Shown: positions 37,932 to 50,085, counted from the first letter of the stretch. The stretch: DNA of 64,000 nucleotides from Heteronotia binoei (GCF_032191835.1 NC_083229.1:79298001-79362000), one strand, 5' to 3'. Notes: generated by a model from the letters alone, not told the origin. Translations and numbers: made by a program.

Positions 37932-39595
37932 AGCTCCTGGGGCATTAGCGCCGCCTCTTGATCAGCATCCGGGGCCAACTGACGAAACCTCTCCATCTGT
38001 TTACGAGAGAGAGCGTCAGCCACCCCGTTATTCACCCCAGGAACATGCTTAGTCAAAAACAAAATGTTAAGCCACAGGCAACACAGAGTGAAGGCCCTCA
38101 CCAACCTCATAACCCTTTGTGATTTGGATAAAAGGGAATTAATAACATGAACAACAGCCATCTTATCACACCAAAAATGTACGGTGCGATCGACCATATC
38201 ACTCCCCCACAACCAAACCGCAACTAAAATGGGAAAAAATTCTAAAAAAGTGAGATCCCGGGTCAAACCAGCCTGCACCCATGAATCCAGCCACACCTCC
38301 ATGCACCAGTGTCCACGGAAGTAGACCCCAAAACCTAATGACCCAGCAGCATCGGACATGACCTGAAGCTCCGCCTCAAGTCTCATGTCCTCTCTCAAAA
38401 AAGAAATCCCATTAAAGGATTCCAAAAACTCCTGCCACACCTGCAGGTCCTCCTTCATACTGCTGGTAATCCTAGTCCTGTGCTGGGGCAAGCGAAGGCC
38501 CGCCATAGCATCACAGAACCTGCGAAGAAAGGCCCTTCCAGGGGCAACCACTTTGCAAGCAAAGTTAAGATGCCCAACTAACTGCTGAAACTCAAGAAGC
38601 ATAACCTTCTTCTTGAGGAAGAAAGTACTAATCCTACTCCTTAAATCCTCCAGCTTCTGACAAGGAATCCTGGACGATTGCCCAAGGGTGTCCAATTCAA
38701 TTCCCAAAAACACAAGGCATTGGGCCAGGCCCTCAGTTTTTTCCTCGGCCAATGTCACACCCAACTCAGCAGCCAGCTCAATAAAGCCAGACAACAACTG
38801 AGCGCAAGGTCCAGTACCCACAGGACCCACAAACAGATAGTCATCCAAATAATGAACAGCATCCTGTAAACCCACTTTCTCGCGCACAGCGCATTCAAGA
38901 AATGTGCTGAAACACTCGAAAGCAGCACATGATACAGAGCAGCCCATAGGCAAAGCCCTGTCCATGTAAAATTGCCCTGCAAAAAGAAACCCAAAAGCTC
39001 GAAATCATCTGGATGGACAGGGAGAAGGCGAAATGCAGATTTGATATTGCATTTAGCCAGCTCAGCCCCCTGACCACAGTGTCGAACGACACCCACGGCC
39101 TGATCAAAGGTAGTATATCTAACTGAGCAAAGTTCCTCAGGAATCCCATCATTAACAGAAGAACCCTTGGGGTAAGAAAGGTGGTGAATCAAACAAAATT
39201 CACCAGGCGCCTTCTTTGGTACCACCCCCAAAGGGGAAACCCTAAGGTTAACCACTGGAGGACTAGAAAATGGGCCCAAAATCCTGCCCTCCGCCAGCTC
39301 CTTGGCAATCTTAGCCTCCACTACATGTTCTAAACCATTAACCGAACTAAGGTTCTGAGACCAAGTTGGCACCCAAGAACCTTGAAAAGGAATTCTAAAA
39401 CCCAATGTAAAACCATTCAACAAATATAAACTCCCTACGCGGGTACCTGCGTAGCCACCACTCAAGAGGTCCCAGCTTTATCGGGCTGGGGCCCCTTTCC
39501 AGTTTGGGAAGAACCCCCACTCCCACCCTGTCTCTTCTGGCCCTTACGTGGCCAAACTCTTGGACAAGGAGTGTGGGCCAGCACACAGGGGGCAT
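37895..39595 (-). pseudogene. Reverse transcriptase-RNase H ORF, frameshifted
   Basis: GFRIP, SPLGVVPKK, LIHHLSYP, IKSAFRLLPV, LPMG, YLDD (38851-38840), FLGIELD; RNase H residues SDAAG, LEFF, WCD and VADALSR. Frameshifts near 39430 and 38985. Confidence 0.95.
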
Positions 39596-40796
39596 TCATG
39601 CTTGAACTGGCAAGCTTTCCGACTGCACACCCCCTGTGACCCAAACTCCCAACAAAGCAAGCGGGGTTGAACCACCTGCCCCGCTGAACCGCGGGAAGAT
39701 GATGAAGAAGTAACCTGAGAAGAGGAAGCCTTAGCAACTAAATGGCCGCTGTCAGAGCGGTCGCCCAAATTGGGCCGAGCCGGTGACATAACTTGCAGCC
39801 ACAGTTGCTGGTAGATGCAATCCCAGGGAAGGGAAGGGTACAAAGCGGCCCTCATCCTGAATTCCTTGTCATACTGAATCCAGGCCGGGCCACTAAACAT
39901 CGTGTACCCTTTGTATATAATGTCCATATACTGGATCAGCGCTGCCACCCACCAGGGCTAAGCATGCGCTATCACTCCAGCATACACAAAAAAACTACCT
40001 TTCAATCCACCTTCATCTTTTTCAACTTCTCCTTGTCCTTATCATCAAGATCCTCCTTGTCTTTCTTTTCAAGTTCCCTAAATAAAAGGGAGAATAGATC
40101 CACATATTCCCCCTTAAGGATCTTTTCTTTTGTGGCTGGTAACAGGTAATCACCCAAAAGTAGGGCAACCTCACCAAAGGGCATAGCACCAAAAGGGACT
40201 GCCCCATAAGGGGAAGGTAAACCCCAACCCCGGTTAAGGAGGGTGCCACCCCTTGCTGCCTTGCCTCTGGCCAATTCCCAAACGATCCAAACTGGCCTTG
40301 TGGCCAGGACCAGCTAGCTTGAGGCCCTACACCTCCAGAGGGAGTAGAGAGTGAACTCCCAGGTGCCAAACTCGCACCATTAGGCGCAGCAGGGCCCCAT
40401 GGCCAAACAAGCCCCACAAAGGCACTAGAACCATCACCCGACTTACCTGGATCTCTGGCAGGTACCAAAGCAGTACCTGCACCCCCAGAGCCAGAAGACG
40501 AGCCAGATCCTGCATCAGGAGCACCCGAGCCCACAGCTCCACCTGCTGTAGCAGCAGACCTGCCCTCTAAAATAGATAATTGTGTTAATATATCGGCCTG
40601 AAAAGCCATTTTTGAAACCGGACCCTTTTTAAAATTCAACTAAGGTGGCAACCCCAGCACCTGCTCAAGGGCACGCAGCCTCCCTAGGATAGCTGCATTC
40701 GCCTCATCCTCCCCCTCCTCATCTTCTGCGGAGGTTTTGGAGCCTTCGGGCAGGCTGCTTCCCCATTGATTTCCCTGTCTCTTTTCTTCCAGACAT
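39544..40796 (-). pseudogene. Gag-like ORF1, disrupted
   Basis: ATG at 40796; acidic tract; helical repeats AILGRLRALEQ and DILTQLSILEG; Gly/Ser linker; KEKILKGEYVDLFSLL; AWIQYDKEFRMRAA; C-terminal CWEF..C..C.FKHECPLCAGPH zinc knuckle. Stops at 40640-40642 and about 40002, plus frameshifts. Confidence 0.88.
40441..40449 (-). other. Predicted 5' splice donor inside gag
   Basis: Minus strand CAG|GTAAGT (full consensus); the exon ends at 40447 in codon phase 1 of gag. Confidence 0.6.
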
Positions 40797-40868
40797 TATC
40801 ACAAGCCCAGGAAAAATTAACCTGAACCAAAAATTATTATTCTAACAGACCAAAAATTAAACCAGCCT

Positions 40869-41100
40869 AAAATGGCTGCCAAATGTCCTGCCCGTAAAAT
40901 GGCCTCCTAACAGCCACCCAAAATAGCCCCCAGAAAATAAAACTAAAATGGCTGCCCAGCCACAAGGTACAAAGGCCTCCAAACAGCAACTAAAATGGCT
41001 GCCCAGCCACAAGGTACAAAGGCCTCCAAACAGCAAACTAAAATGGCCACCCCTACTGTAACCCAAAATGGCCACCCAGCAATTCAACTAAAATGGCCAC
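40869..41100. repeat. Array of AAAATGGC motifs with about 24-25 bp periodicity in the element's leader
   Basis: Motif at 40869, 40896, 40945, 40992, 41040, 41065 and 41090, with a degenerate copy at 40920; includes a 47-bp tandem duplication. Confidence 0.9.
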
Positions 41101-42998
41101 CCAGCCGTGAGGCAACAGGATAGGAGGGTGGGGGGGTACCCAAAGTTGGCCTCCAATATAGGCAACCCTGTCAATAACACACGTACCCCACCAACTCCCC
41201 CCGACCTGGCAGAACAACTAAGCTAGGCAGAATAAAAAAGGGTTTAAAAGGACCGAAAAAGCCTCGCCACGCTGCTAAACGCGGTTTTGTTTTGTTTTTT
41301 TTACAACCAACCATGACCACGAAATCACGTCTGCCGATGATCCGCTGGCCCAGGCACCGCAGGTCCCAAGCTAGGCAAACACAGCCCCGATGCGCCCCGA
41401 TCACGGCCCTGGTGCGACGCGATTGCCAAGATACGGCCTCGAAGCCTATTCCCTCGGTGCCGCAGAGAGGACGCTGCACACTCCTCTCAGACCGAGCATT
41501 GACAAGGGACTGACAAGAGGGGGCAGAGAGCCTCTAGAGGCACGTTCAAGCCCCGTCCCCATAAAGACGTGCCTAAAGCGCGTGCAGAAGTCCACTCTCC
41601 CTCCAGGGAGGCAAAAGTTCCTCGGCAGCAAAGCTGCGAGACGGCAAGCTGCCGGAGATTGCATTATGACTTGTAAAGCCAGCCAAGAGCACCCTTGTAA
41701 GTTTTACTATCTACATGTCAAGTGCTTTTAGATGAAGGGCTAGGGACCAGATCAGATTTTGCTGGCTGATATTCACCTCAAAATAACTCTCCCCAGCAAC
41801 AGTAGTCAAGTGGCTCATGAGCCTCATGCATGACTTCTGCCATGCCTGATTCATCCCAAGAAAATTGAGCTGAACCCTAGAGTCCTGCGTGATGTAATAT
41901 CCATGTGCAGCAGAACACCCAGCCAGATCAGAAGCTCTGTGGACCTGTCTTTATGTTTCCAGCCTATGATCTCAAAAGGTATGATAGTCATCAGCGGGCC
42001 TCATTTTGGGCAGGAGTTCATCAGTCCTAAAACAGGCTACCAGCAGTAAAGGTAGAAAAGGAGCTAGAAATTTAGGATATTCTCAGATGACATGCATTGG
42101 GTGGCATCAACACACAGAGAGAATGGGTATGCTGGGCCCATCCCCACCTATATGCAATTACTAGAATATGTGAACAATGATTACAAGTGTACAAACTGTG
42201 TATATATAAATTCTGTCTCCATGAATGGGAATGCTGCTTGCCAGGACATGTGAATGGTATCTATTGCAAATGCATGTAGGTAGGAAGGGTAGGGTTCATG
42301 TTCATGTTGAGACCTATATCATCTAAAGAAGGCTTGATACTGACAGGACTAATTCTCAGTCATGTTCTGGCTATTTGTGTGGTGAAAAGGTCTTTTAGTG
42401 AAATCACATGAACAATGCAATACACGGATAATTGTGTGAAATGCAGGCTGTGGGTGGTACAACAAAAAGCACAGAGAGGACAGGTGCATGGATACTATTT
42501 ATATTTCAGTGACGTGGGAAAAAAATTGTTCTCTATAATAGCAGAGTTAATGGTCAAATGCCTAGCAACAGTGCAACAAAACAGGTCAATAAACAGTCAA
42601 AGTAATATGTAGGGAAATGCCTTGTAAATTTTAAAAAAGAAGGAATTCCTTCTCCATTCTCAAAATGGCCTAATGAAAATTGAGCATGCTTATTGATACA
42701 AGCGATAAAATGCTGAAGGCAGCTGAGTACCACTTAATGGAAAGAAACAGAAATTGTGCGGGATGAGTGAATGGCCTGTTTAAGGCCCTTAATACTTCTA
42801 AAATTTTGGGAAATGTGATCCATTCACCCTCTATCCCCAGCCTCCACTTTCTGAAGTTCCCTGTATAACTAAGGCAGGCAAAAATTCCCTTTTCCATACT
42901 CAACACTAACCACTTAGATAAACTTTCTTACAGAATTATGTTACAGAGGGAAGTCAGTTCCTCCACATGCATACCCGATATAAATTCTTGTGGGTGAC

Positions 42999-43630
42999 TA
43001 GGGATGCCAGGTCCTACCTTGGTCTCATGCTCGTGGTGCAATGATGTCACCTGGATGTGATGTCATCATGTTGCCAACACTGCGGCACTCTAGGTTCTAT
43101 GGCAGAGGTGGCCAAACTTGCTTAATGTAAGAGCCACATAGAATAAACATCAGATGTCTGAGAGCCGCAAAAAATGAACGTCAGATGTTTGGGAGCCGCA
43201 AGACGGAAGGAAAGAAGGAAGGGAGATGGGGAAAGAAAGCAACTTTAATTTTCAATTAATTCTCCAAGCAGCCAGCTGGCTTGGCTTGGAGAAGTGATTT
43301 AAAGAGACAGTTGTCTTCTCCAAGTTGGGTGACAGGGTGGTGGGGGCTTTGAGAGCTACAAAATATGTGTGAAAGAGCCACGTGTGGCTCCCGAGCCACA
43401 GTTTGGCCACCCCTGTGCTATGGTTTTTTAGTTACAAAACCATAGAGTTTGCCCAAAAACCAGAGCATTGCACAATGTCCCTAGAGCAATGACATCATCA
43501 TATCAGGGACATTGTGTTATGATGTCCCTGTTGGAGGGGGTGGGGTTCCCCGTCAGCCAGCTTTGGGACAGCAGATTGGAGTCCCACAGACCAGGGATTC
43601 CCTGGCTGGACAGGGGGCCTGGCAACCCTA
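42999..43630 (+). mobile_element. hAT (Blackjack-like) MITE with a nested insertion
   Basis: TIRs TAGGGATGCCAGG / CCTGGCAACCCTA; TSD not preserved. Confidence 0.7.
43103..43415. mobile_element. hAT MITE nested in 42999-43630
   Basis: TIRs CAGAGGTGGCCAAAC / GTTTGGCCACCCCTG; TSD TTCTATGG / TGCTATGG (7/8). Confidence 0.88.
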
Positions 43631-43993
43631 TGTCGGTCCCAGTTTGCACCTAAGTACAGTGTCTTTGAGGCTTAACCTAATTTGAGGTTCAGCCATTTAA
43701 GATGTAAAATCAACTTGTTTCCCTCAGTTCCCAGTTACTCCACACACAGTAGCCCTGTCCACAAGTTTTACATTCAACACCCATACAACCTGTATACCCT
43801 TAATTTTTAAAAATACGTGCATTGAGTAATTCTCATATTACATTCTATGCATGTACAGCTGATTATGTGATTGAAATGCCACAGCTTTAATATCACAGTT
43901 ATCCAAGAACTGTTCCCCAGTTTAATTTGTGTAACGTACATGTGCATTAGTTCTTTCTTAGGAACAGATATATGCATATATGTGCAGAATATA

Positions 43994-44175
43994 CAAGGCT
44001 TTTTTTTTTTTTTAGCAGGAACGCACATAAATTCAGTTTTGGCTGGCTTGGAATCAGGGGGTGCAGCCTAATATGCAAATGAGTTCATGGTGGGCTTTTT
44101 TTTACAAAGAAGCAGTGTGAAACAATAGTGGTGTCAGGGGTGTGGCCTAAAATGCAAATGAGTTCCTGCTGGAAT
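43994..44175. mobile_element. Probable hAT-derived MITE fragment with a duplicated GGGGTG..CCTAATATGCAAATGAGTTC unit
   Basis: Two copies of CAGGGG(G)TG(C/T)(A/G)GCCTAA(T/A)ATGCAAATGAGTTC after a CAAGGCTTTTTT end. Confidence 0.5.
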
Positions 44176-45707
44176 TCTTGCGGATATATGTGCCTTCACT
44201 GTATCAAGTAACTGGTGCTAGTGGGATTACCTGCAGAGAAAATGTCTCAATATAGTCTAAGGTGCTGGATGTTACCTGATGAGTAGGAACGCTACAGGAC
44301 TAAAGATGATGAAAACCAGTGGCATCTAGTGATCCCATTCTATTTCCAGTTGCCCATGGCAGAATCTGTCCTATGAATTATAAGGTTGGAATTTTAAGTA
44401 GGTTTAATTATACTCATTTAGGAGAATGTTCTTAACAGATTAATCTGGTTGTGTTTATTTTTCCAAAGGAGGACTGATGTTTTAGGATCAGTACAAATCA
44501 TTATGAATGTTCAGTCTACTGTAATTTGTGTGAGATATACTTTACAAACAGCAAAAGTTTTGTACAGTCTTGCAAATCTGGCTTTTTATTATGTTCCCAA
44601 AGTGGGTTTGAAGGAATGTACTGTCAGGTCAGCACAAAGTGATGTGCGTTCTGTTACAAACAGCATTGTAACTCAGACGATTGCCCTAAAATTGTTTTTC
44701 CTGAGCAAATGCTTTGATTTTGAAAGAAGTCTCTACAAAGTAGTCCGTCTACAAAGAGACAACTTTTTTTCTCCAGTCAGTGCATATAGCCTAGTGACTT
44801 TCTACTTAAAGCCAGTTTTCATTTTGCTTCGTTTGTGTAGAAAGGCATGAAATCTATGTTTCCTAAATGCTTTCTAGCTGTAGAAAAAAAAATAGGAATT
44901 TAGGTGAATAATAAACTCACTAATGATTGTAATCTGGCCCTCTGATTCAGGATATATTGTCTGATTCAAGAAGTGGGTATTATAAACAGTAATTCTAATT
45001 GCTGATATTACTGATAAAAATTACTGAGCTTGATCTAATATAAATGTACCCACTACAACCAGTTGGCTGCTGTACCATCTATGTGAGCGTAATGTGGCCT
45101 GTAGATAGTTGAATACTTCCAAAACAAATAGATACCCCCATGATACCTATAGATCCTATCCAGTGTTGCCACTTTCTCAGCTCATCTCTGACCCTTTTCC
45201 ACTATTCTAATTCTATATATGTCTGCTTTCCACAATCTGTCCATGTGCGTCTTGTCTATGCATGTGCATAAACACATTATTCATTCCTGTAACCTTGTAG
45301 CCTCGGGTCTCTTTCCCTGCCTTCCTGCATCACTAGAAACAACATAATTAATTTAATCTGCCTTTAGCCAGGGTAGTGAATACACCTTAATAAATTGATT
45401 TAACACCTGCCCTGTACACACAGCATATGTGGCACATCATGTGGACAAGTCATGCATACAAACTGTACAAATATTATGTATGATTTGTTTTCTGGTCGAA
45501 AGTGCTGTTCTTCTGACATGAGGAATAAAGCCTATGCATGTAGTCTTCACCCATGTAGGCACTATGAACATGGGATGATAAATTTGTTCAGGGTGAGCAC
45601 ATTCTTTCTGCTCACCTCTATGCACATCGACTTGTATCAAAACTGTCGTATCTATATTCTGAAGAAAGGAGAAAACAATATTTGCATAAGCCTGTGAGCA
45701 GGGCTTT

Positions 45708-45920
45708 TAGGGTTTCCAGCCTCCAGGTGGGCCTGGAGATCGTCCAGAATTCATTCCCAGGCAACAGAGATCAGTTCCCCCAGAGAAAATGGCTGCTTTG
45801 GATGGTAGGAGTCTATAGCATCATAGTCTGTTGAGCTTCTTTGCCTACCCAAACCCCACCTTCCCCGGGCTTCACCTCCAAAATCTCCAGGCATTTCCCA
45901 ACCTGGTGTGGGCAACCATA
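45708..45920 (+). mobile_element. Short hAT (Blackjack-like) MITE
   Basis: Degenerate TIRs TAGGGTTTCCAG / GGGCAACCATA; interior is the reverse-complement homolog of 56293-56494. Confidence 0.65.
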
Positions 45921-46331
45921 GGTCTGACCCTGGATCTTCACAGCCCAACACTAGCAGCACCTTTCTAAGCTTTAAATGTTCTAGGTTACCCGTTTAGCTT
46001 TCTAACAGTACTTCTATTGCCCATGCAGGCAAGGTGGTTCAGGAGCCAGGTGCAGATAAACTTACAAATCCAGAGTGATGTGCAGATTTGCATGATCATG
46101 GCACAGTCCATAGACAGTAAAGAAATGGCACAGCAGAAAACTAGTCACAGGATCAGTGGTTGCTTTACAAGAAGGACTTGCAGGTTCAAATAACACTCAA
46201 AGCTATCTAGTTCAAGCTGCTTTAGGTTGATAACTCTAGAATAAATAGTTTTTATACTAAAATCATATACTACAAAAGAAATAGATAGCCTTCTTTGTTG
46301 ACCAATTGAGAACACAAAGGTATGTTGCAAC

Positions 46332-46526
46332 CAGTGTTCCCTCTAAACTGCAGAGTCTTGTGAGCAAAAATTCTACTTTGTGAGCTACTGGCATTAAAGT
46401 TGTGAGCTGCTGCATAAATTAGTGTGCTCTGGGGGTCATCCTTCCTGAGCTAAAACAAAAATGTGTGAGCTGGAGGCTAAAAATCTGTGAGCTAGCTCAT
46501 GCTAATTCAACGTAGAGGGAAGAGTG
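46332..46526 (+). mobile_element. hAT MITE (CAGTGTTCCCTCTAA TIR)
   Basis: TIR pair; flanks GTTGCAAC and ATTGCGAC (6/8). Confidence 0.8.
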
Positions 46527-46707
46527 ATTGCGACATATGTACTAAGAGCCCTTCTCAGATAAATTTCTGTATGGTATACATAATATGAAAACTGAGCTAC
46601 AGATGGTTTTTCAAGGAGCTGGACCAAAATTGCAGTGGCAGTGGGACTTGGTGCTGATGCTGAAGATCCAGTATAGTGATATTATTGAATTGAAGGGATG
46701 TGAAGAG

Positions 46708-46899
46708 CAATGTTCCTTCTAAGCTGCAGAGTCTTGTGAGCAAAAATTCTAGGTTGTGAGCTACTGGCATGAAAGTTGTGAGCTACCGCATAAATTATTG
46801 TGCTCTGGGGTCATTCTTCCTGAGCTAAGACAAAAATATGAGTTGGAGGCTAAAAATTTGTTAGCTAGCTCATGCTAACTCAGCTTAGAAGGAACACTG
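46708..46899 (+). mobile_element. hAT MITE, same family as 46332
   Basis: TIRs CAATGTTCCTTCTAAGCTG / CAGCTTAGAAGGAACACTG; perfect TSD GTGAAGAG. Confidence 0.88.
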
Positions 46900-48754
46900 G
46901 TGAAGAGTGACCCCCAAACATGTTTCATTTCATTACTGGCAAGAGCCCATTCTGGAGAAAACACTCCTCTCTCACCCCCTTTCCTAGCACAACCCTTTGC
47001 AGCACTTTCGTTGTTTGTATTTGCAGGACCAAGTCAGTTTATAGATTTTGCAAAGGTAAAAGTAAATGTAAGAGCTTTAAATTAGAATAAGTGCCTCTTC
47101 AGTATGACAGATTCCTTTGAGGACTGATTAGAAAGAAGGCCTCCTGTTGCCTGCCCCTTTATGCCAGGCGCCATTACAGTATCTGCTTGTTTATCACTTA
47201 CTTCTTGAAATAGTGTAAGAGTGCCATGGGATGCTAAATCCCCTCCTGGTAAGACAAGATTCTGCTTTCATTCTGGGATCAAGATAATATTTTGCTTTAA
47301 AGAATACCCTTAATTAGCTGATTAAAAAAAATAGCACATCACAAGAATATAAGATGCACAGCTTCAACACTGTGCATTTTTTTTCAGGGTTTTTTTCAGA
47401 TGGTCAGGCATCATGCACACATGGGGCAGCTAACATTAACCCTCTTCACAATCAACACATGGAAGAATGCAAAGTTGCATCTACCTTTCCTGCTCCGATT
47501 CACAACATGCTGACTGTGCTTATGTGCATACAGCCAGTGCATGAATGTCATCATTAAAAAGTTTTAAACTTAAATATGCAGCCTAAAGAAGAGCTCTGGT
47601 GATCTCAAAAGCTGCTGTAACATATTTTTAGTTGGCCCTAATAAAACAACCAACTGCAATTTCTACTTCATTTTCTATTCTCAGCACATGGTTTTCTAGC
47701 TATGAGTTTCCTGTGACTCCCTTTCTACTTAACATATGCATGGAATTAGACCTACCTTGTTTTCTTGTTAATACAGTTGCATTAAGCTTTATAAGCACAT
47801 GCGTTTTTCCACATCGTTTCAGCTAGCCCCTTTTTATCCCACCATTCACCATCTTCTCATTTCTTTGTACATCATCTTCAGAATTCTAGCTCTTTAAGAC
47901 AAATCACCTTTGACTATGGAAGAGAATACCAAGTTTAACAAACACGATCCTTGTAATCAGCCCATGATTTTAGCACCAACTTTAGGAACTGAGGGAACCC
48001 ATGCTCACTCTAGTCCATCTTTGATTAAGTCCTGAATTGCAAGATCAGGGTTTTTGTCACTGAGCCAGCTTCTGTGAACACATCCATTAAACTGTTTCTG
48101 CAGTACATCTTCCTATAAAATGATAGTACTGTAATGGCTCAGTACATCAGAAGGCTGAATGCACTATAGATTGTAAGGTGCTCCAATGTTATGACAATGA
48201 GAGACTTGGACATAGGCATCCAAGTGCCAGAGATATCAATTATTTTGAGAAGACTGGAATGATTCTCTAGAGAAGAAAAAATGCTGACTGATAACTGTGG
48301 AGTGGATATGGTAATAGCTATTTCCACAAAAATCAAGAAAATTTCATCCACAATTTTCTATTGCCTTTGCCCCTTGAGCAGTCAGTCACAGCTGAGCAGA
48401 GTAGCTGTAAAACTCCAGCACTCTGCTTTGGTAGCATTTTCCACTCACTTTGCACAAGTGTAAGTGATTACACCAGGGGCAAGGCAGCAGAGAATGAGGA
48501 CACTACAAGTTTACAACCAAGATCCACAATAAGGACATAAAATGTTATTGTCTTTTATAACGTGTCATGGCAAACTCATGCCAGTTTCTCTACTGTTTGT
48601 GACTTTTAAGTGTAAGAAAACTGGTCTGTTTTTAAAAGTAACTTCTGAACATCCACCTTTTGAAAAGTTTGCAGATTTCTCTACATTTAAATTCATTGGC
48701 ACATTAAACATTATTCAGAGCTTAATGGAAAGAACAGTGGTGGTGACGACAATA

Positions 48755-50085
48755 TGTAAGCAAAAATACCCTCAAAACGAGGATGGGGAATTGTCAGGTG
48801 GGCACCTGGCTTAATCAGGATCTTTTGCCTGCGTATACAGAATTCCACGTCCAGAAAGTAATGCTTAAAAATATTAGGGACTCTAAGTAAAACAATTAAA
48901 ATTTATTAAGAAAAATATAGGCTTCCATACAAGATAAAATACTCATAAAATCATACATACAGTCCTAAGAAAAATAGATAGAGAGATAGGGGAACATATG
49001 GGTAGACAAACTGGGTGATATTTACCGATCGTAGTCTTCAAAGAAGGCTCCAATGGCGACGAGCAAGGAAGTGGGAGAAGGGACCCGAAGCGGGGATGGA
49101 TCAGGAATCGGGGATGGATCTATGGAGCGGAATTGGGATGCTGATAGCACATCTGTGGGTAGCTAGTCCACAGATTATAAGGACTCTCTTGAGCCCTTAG
49201 GGGATGGGAGGTACGAGAGAGGAGGAAGGTGGTCAGCTGATGCATGACCTCCCAAAAAGAAGAGGTTTCGCAGTGACCACAAGGGCTGGACTACTGCGAC
49301 AACCAATAGAAAGTTCATTGGTGGCGCCTAATTGGGTGCCCATTCCTGACCAATGGACTTGCTTGGATGCTGGATATCTGAGTGAAATGGTTGAAATGGA
49401 CTGGGGTGAGGCTCCAAAATGACAGTTGGGGAGAAGAATAGGAGAGATTACTGGGTGGGAAGATACTTAAGATTATTAAACTTATCTAAAAGTGACAATA
49501 GAGAGTCAAATCATTGCCTAGGTAACACCCGGTTCACACAAAGGAACTTGGCTCAGGCTGAAGATGGTCTTCCTCTTCTTCTGTCTTCTCCTTGGCACCA
49601 GTCTTTGTCTTGAGTTCCATTAGACAAAGGCAGTGGTGGTTGGACAATTAGCCACTCCTGGGGTGGGTAGATTGCTTGCAGGCACAGGTGACATCTGACG
49701 AGTACGTGAGCCGTTCGTTTCATTGGAATGGAGTTAGGCCTGGTAGGAAGATGGCTGTGTGTGGTGTTAGCCCTCCATGGTGGATTCCATGGTCAGTACT
49801 TCAAAACCGATTGCCTGGATAGCTCCTGGCGGCGCAGTTTCCTCCGTTCCATGGCCGGGATGGACATCATACAGAACGACAGGAAGTCATCCGTTCTCCT
49901 GGTGGGCACTCATGTACCGGTCTTGAGTGCTTTTGTAGCGTTATGGCTGCTAGTACTGCATAAGTCCCTTTTACCCCTGGATAGGTTTGCTCACACTCTC
50001 TGGCCAAATGTGTGTGTTACTTCTCCAGGTACTTTGGCAACCAAGTTGGTGATTACGATGTTCTGTAAGGGGGGTTTTCCTCACA
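48755..50085 (-). mobile_element. Solo LTR (about 1.33 kb), same family as 24896-26100
   Basis: TGTAAGC...CTCACA termini; 4-bp TSD AATA (48751-48754 and 50086-50089); minus-strand TATA-like CTTATAA (about 49178) and AATAAA (about 48903). Confidence 0.82.

Larger units (their letters stand above)
35941..41670 (-). mobile_element. Ngaro-type tyrosine-recombinase (DIRS order) retrotransposon, near full length and decayed
   Basis: Order on the minus strand is gag, RT/RNase H, YR, SGNH hydrolase. No methyltransferase domain and no inverted terminal repeats. Bounded by ATTGTGAC (35941-35948) and ATTATGAC (41663-41670). Confidence 0.92.

Noticed and set aside
40869-41100. CRISPR-like repeat-spacer array
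   Set aside because: Eukaryotic context, an 8-bp core only, spacers related to each other, and no cas genes.
35941-41670. Classification as DIRS1-type or as an LTR/Gypsy element
   Set aside because: No methyltransferase, no inverted terminal repeats, no integrase or protease and no LTR pair; YR plus hydrolase fits Ngaro.
44449-44850. 133-aa ORF
   Set aside because: Non-ATG start, no recognisable domain, and no flanking splice structure in frame with ZNF521.
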